Shown here: in pieces, positions 63,301 to 64,000 of the stretch
Position numbering within the stretch: position 1 is the stretch's first letter
Layout of the letters: each line of letters begins with the position of its first letter
Source: Bugula neritina
Lineage: Eukaryota > Animalia > Bryozoa
Direction of reading: 5' to 3'
Assembly (NCBI GenBank): GCA_964035545.1
Contig: OZ037768.1
Span: 15,669,875 to 15,733,874, forward strand
Length of the DNA stretch: 64,000 nt
Program-made: the position numbers and the translations under genes
The notes under the pieces: model-generated
Seen by the model: the letters and a program-made list of their open reading frames with translations, nothing else
Databases searched by the model: none
What the model was told of the DNA's origin: nothing

Positions 63301-63735
63301 AATATAGCAATACTGTGTTAGAATTAGTTAGCTGTAGCTCCCTAATTCCTATGCTTATGTAAAATAATGACCATATGTGATAGTGAACTGCAAACCACAA
63401 TATAAAACCTATTCTTAGCCTTGTTGCTACATTAGAACTAACATTTAGTCGTTTAATGCTGGAAAAGAAAATATGATAGTAGAAAGAAGTAACCTGAACT
63501 CAATGACAAAACATTTGTGAGATTACAAGTAGAAGAACTGAGTTACCTAAGAGAAACAGAGAAGCACCATAATATTCAGCATTACTAATAATGTGCTGAA
63601 GAGCTTTGGGCATAGAGCCCTCCATAATATGTCGAATACTATCAGCAAAACTCAACGTTGGCTCTGGAATGACCTTTTTGAAGAAGTTAAGGATTGACTT
63701 GAGAAGTGCTGACCTTTGTGGAAGACATTGCACAC
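19308..63735 (-). CDS. HUWE1: E3 ubiquitin-protein ligase HUWE1 (HECT, UBA and WWE domain containing 1), 5'-partial; 64 exons, ~11.4 kb CDS (~3,810 codons)
   Basis: Exons in transcript order: 63547-63735, 63187-63293, 62677-62793, 62122-62274, 61751-61907, 61457-61566, 61069-61245, 60566-60823, 60212-60377, 59443-59722, 59148-59360, 58777-58979, 58500-58657, 57798-57950, 57377-57535, 56909-57124, 56119-56370, 55559-55824, 55167-55254, 54800-54967, 54244-54630, 53848-54028, 53230-53574, 52813-52997, 52462-52632, 51958-52113, 51016-51206, 50268-50401, 49910-50070, 49523-49679, 48531-48670, 48109-48217, 47571-47690, 47115-47367, 46383-46524, 46100-46226, 44498-44781, 44325-44385, 44016-44115, 43459-43796, 43160-43273, 42770-42853, 42268-42554, 41988-42138, 41599-41724, 41060-41230, 40617-40771, 40236-40511, 39571-39869, 38142-38322, 37528-37701, 36680-36849, 35347-35561, 34587-34718, 34231-34374, 33346-33528, 32306-32458, 31961-32083, 30717-30987, 28468-28573, 27179-27313, 22532-22696, 20379-20569, 19308-19410. 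Phases chain without frameshift to TAA. Domain order is armadillo-like N region ([12 protein letters not shown]), UBA+UIM, WWE, acidic stretch, UBMs, then HECT ending [14 protein letters not shown]...SEGFGLA*. Confidence 0.96.
20379..20569 (-). CDS. HUWE1: HUWE1 HECT C-lobe exon
   Basis: [63 protein letters not shown](C). Confidence 0.95.
22532..22696 (-). CDS. HUWE1: HUWE1 HECT exon
   Basis: [55 protein letters not shown]. Confidence 0.93.
25788..26744. promoter_or_regulatory. Candidate enhancer: cluster of five ATCGAT (CUT/Onecut-type; two are TATCGATA) plus CAGGTG E-boxes
   Basis: ATCGAT at 25788, 26083, 26108, 26344 and 26739 in CpG-poor DNA. Confidence 0.35.
26889..26950. repeat. Perfect 30-bp inverted repeat with 2-nt spacer
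   Basis: TAAAGTTAGACCAATGTGCAATTGGTATAA-AG-TTATACCAATTGCACATTGGTCTAACTTTA. Confidence 0.97.
27179..27313 (-). CDS. HUWE1: HUWE1 HECT exon
   Basis: [45 protein letters not shown]. Confidence 0.92.
28468..28573 (-). CDS. HUWE1: HUWE1 HECT exon
   Basis: [35 protein letters not shown]. Confidence 0.92.
30717..30987 (-). CDS. HUWE1: HUWE1 HECT exon
   Basis: [30 protein letters not shown]...[31 protein letters not shown]. Confidence 0.95.
31646..31671. repeat. (AT)n microsatellite
   Basis: Direct reading. Confidence 0.9.
31961..32083 (-). CDS. HUWE1: HUWE1 exon: start of HECT N-lobe (not in ORF track in this frame)
   Basis: [41 protein letters not shown]. Confidence 0.92.
34587..34718 (-). CDS. 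HUWE1: HUWE1 exon with non-canonical GC donor (GC-AG intron 34375-34586)
   Basis: Ends TCAG|GCGAGT; phase 1 matches the next exon ([18 protein letters not shown]). No phase-compatible GT donor seen nearby. Confidence 0.75.
41599..42554 (-). CDS. HUWE1: HUWE1 exons 42268-42554, 41988-42138 and 41599-41724: ubiquitin-binding motifs (UBM)
   Basis: [19 protein letters not shown]; [16 protein letters not shown]|VL; [37 protein letters not shown]. Confidence 0.9.
44791..44980. repeat. Minisatellite, ~5 copies of a 37-39 bp unit (CAATACTTTCCCATGTTGTACTATACAC(AC)ACTACAGTC)
   Basis: Units start at ~44791, 44830, 44869, 44906 and 44943. Confidence 0.92.
45099..46059 (+). mobile_element. Probable non-autonomous DNA element (HINE/Helentron-like) in a HUWE1 intron
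   Basis: CpG-rich relative to flanking introns; (ACT/GCT)n simple repeat near the left end; perfect palindrome TTCGCATGCGAA (46011-46022) ~37 nt from the right end; ends ACTAGT...ATTAGT; no convincing coding ORF. Confidence 0.4.
48300..48400. repeat. Compound (AT)n/(GT)n microsatellite
   Basis: Direct reading. Confidence 0.92.
48531..48670 (-). CDS. HUWE1: HUWE1 exon: Asp/Glu-rich acidic tract (not in ORF track)
   Basis: [29 protein letters not shown]...; TAAG| acceptor; GGG|GTTAGT donor. Confidence 0.85.
49113..49487. repeat. Minisatellite, ~12 copies of a 31-bp unit (some 28 bp), CAACAGCAGAGGTAGGTACAACAACATACTA
   Basis: Direct reading; head-to-tail with no spacers. Confidence 0.95.
54800..54967 (-). 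CDS. HUWE1: HUWE1 exon: WWE domain
   Basis: [51 protein letters not shown], continuing [13 protein letters not shown] in the next exon. Confidence 0.93.
56460..56612 (-). mobile_element. Degenerate tRNA-derived SINE
   Basis: Minus strand reads GGATG-TAGTATAGTGG-TTAGGGTGCTGGCTTAGTAACTTCTAGGTCATA-GGTTTGAAATG. A-box-like motif at 56596-56606 and decayed B-box at 56552-56562, at tRNA-like spacing, followed by a non-tRNA body. The 3' end is uncertain. Confidence 0.55.
56909..57124 (-). CDS. HUWE1: HUWE1 exon: UBA domain and UIM
   Basis: [31 protein letters not shown] (UBA MGF motif); [14 protein letters not shown] (UIM). Confidence 0.92.
63547..63735 (-). CDS. HUWE1: HUWE1 most 5' exon in the window (armadillo-repeat-like region)
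   Basis: [20 protein letters not shown]...[30 protein letters not shown]; CAG| acceptor, |GTAACT donor. Confidence 0.9.
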
Positions 63736-64000
63736 CTGCAAGACAGGAGCACAGCACTAGAACACTAAATAATACTCCTATGAAACCCAAAGCTTGTTCT
63801 TAATCATAACCTAATGTTGGCCACCCTCAGCCATGCCACCGACATGGTTTGGAAGCTTTAATGTGGCAAAATTCTTTCCCAGCACCATCCACACATGGGC
63901 TGCTCTCTATAACTACAACTTTTAATGTAAAAAAATATATTGACGAAAAAATGTGAAATGATAAAGAAATTAGAAATTTGCAGGTAAGTGAACTAGACAA

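Overview
This is AT-rich, CpG-poor animal genomic DNA with short introns, probably from an invertebrate; the species cannot be assigned from the sequence. Two genes lie tail-to-tail. (1) A complete LIM-homeobox gene of the Lhx1/5 (Lim1/lin-11) class on the + strand has 6 coding exons at 8539-18174 (~410 aa), possibly with two extra upstream exons. (2) The 3' ~3,800 codons of the giant HECT E3 ubiquitin ligase HUWE1 lie on the - strand. I reconstructed 64 exons by hand from 63735 down to the stop at 19308, with all splice phases consistent; the 5' end lies beyond the window. No prokaryotic features, CRISPR, rRNA or intact tRNA genes are present. The main points worth following up are: HUWE1 introns lengthen ~5-fold next to Lhx1/5 and carry clustered CUT/Onecut-type and homeodomain motifs (possible genomic regulatory block); a perfect 30-bp hairpin carries a miR-92-type seed; a 31-bp intronic minisatellite carries ten let-7 seed matches; one HUWE1 exon uses a GC donor; the Lhx1/5 homeobox intron holds a CA repeat and reads through in frame; two tiny inserts are bounded by 14-bp direct repeats; and there is a tRNA-derived SINE and a HINE/Helentron-like insert. 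All functional readings are inference from by-eye analysis, and nothing here is clearly a new biological system.
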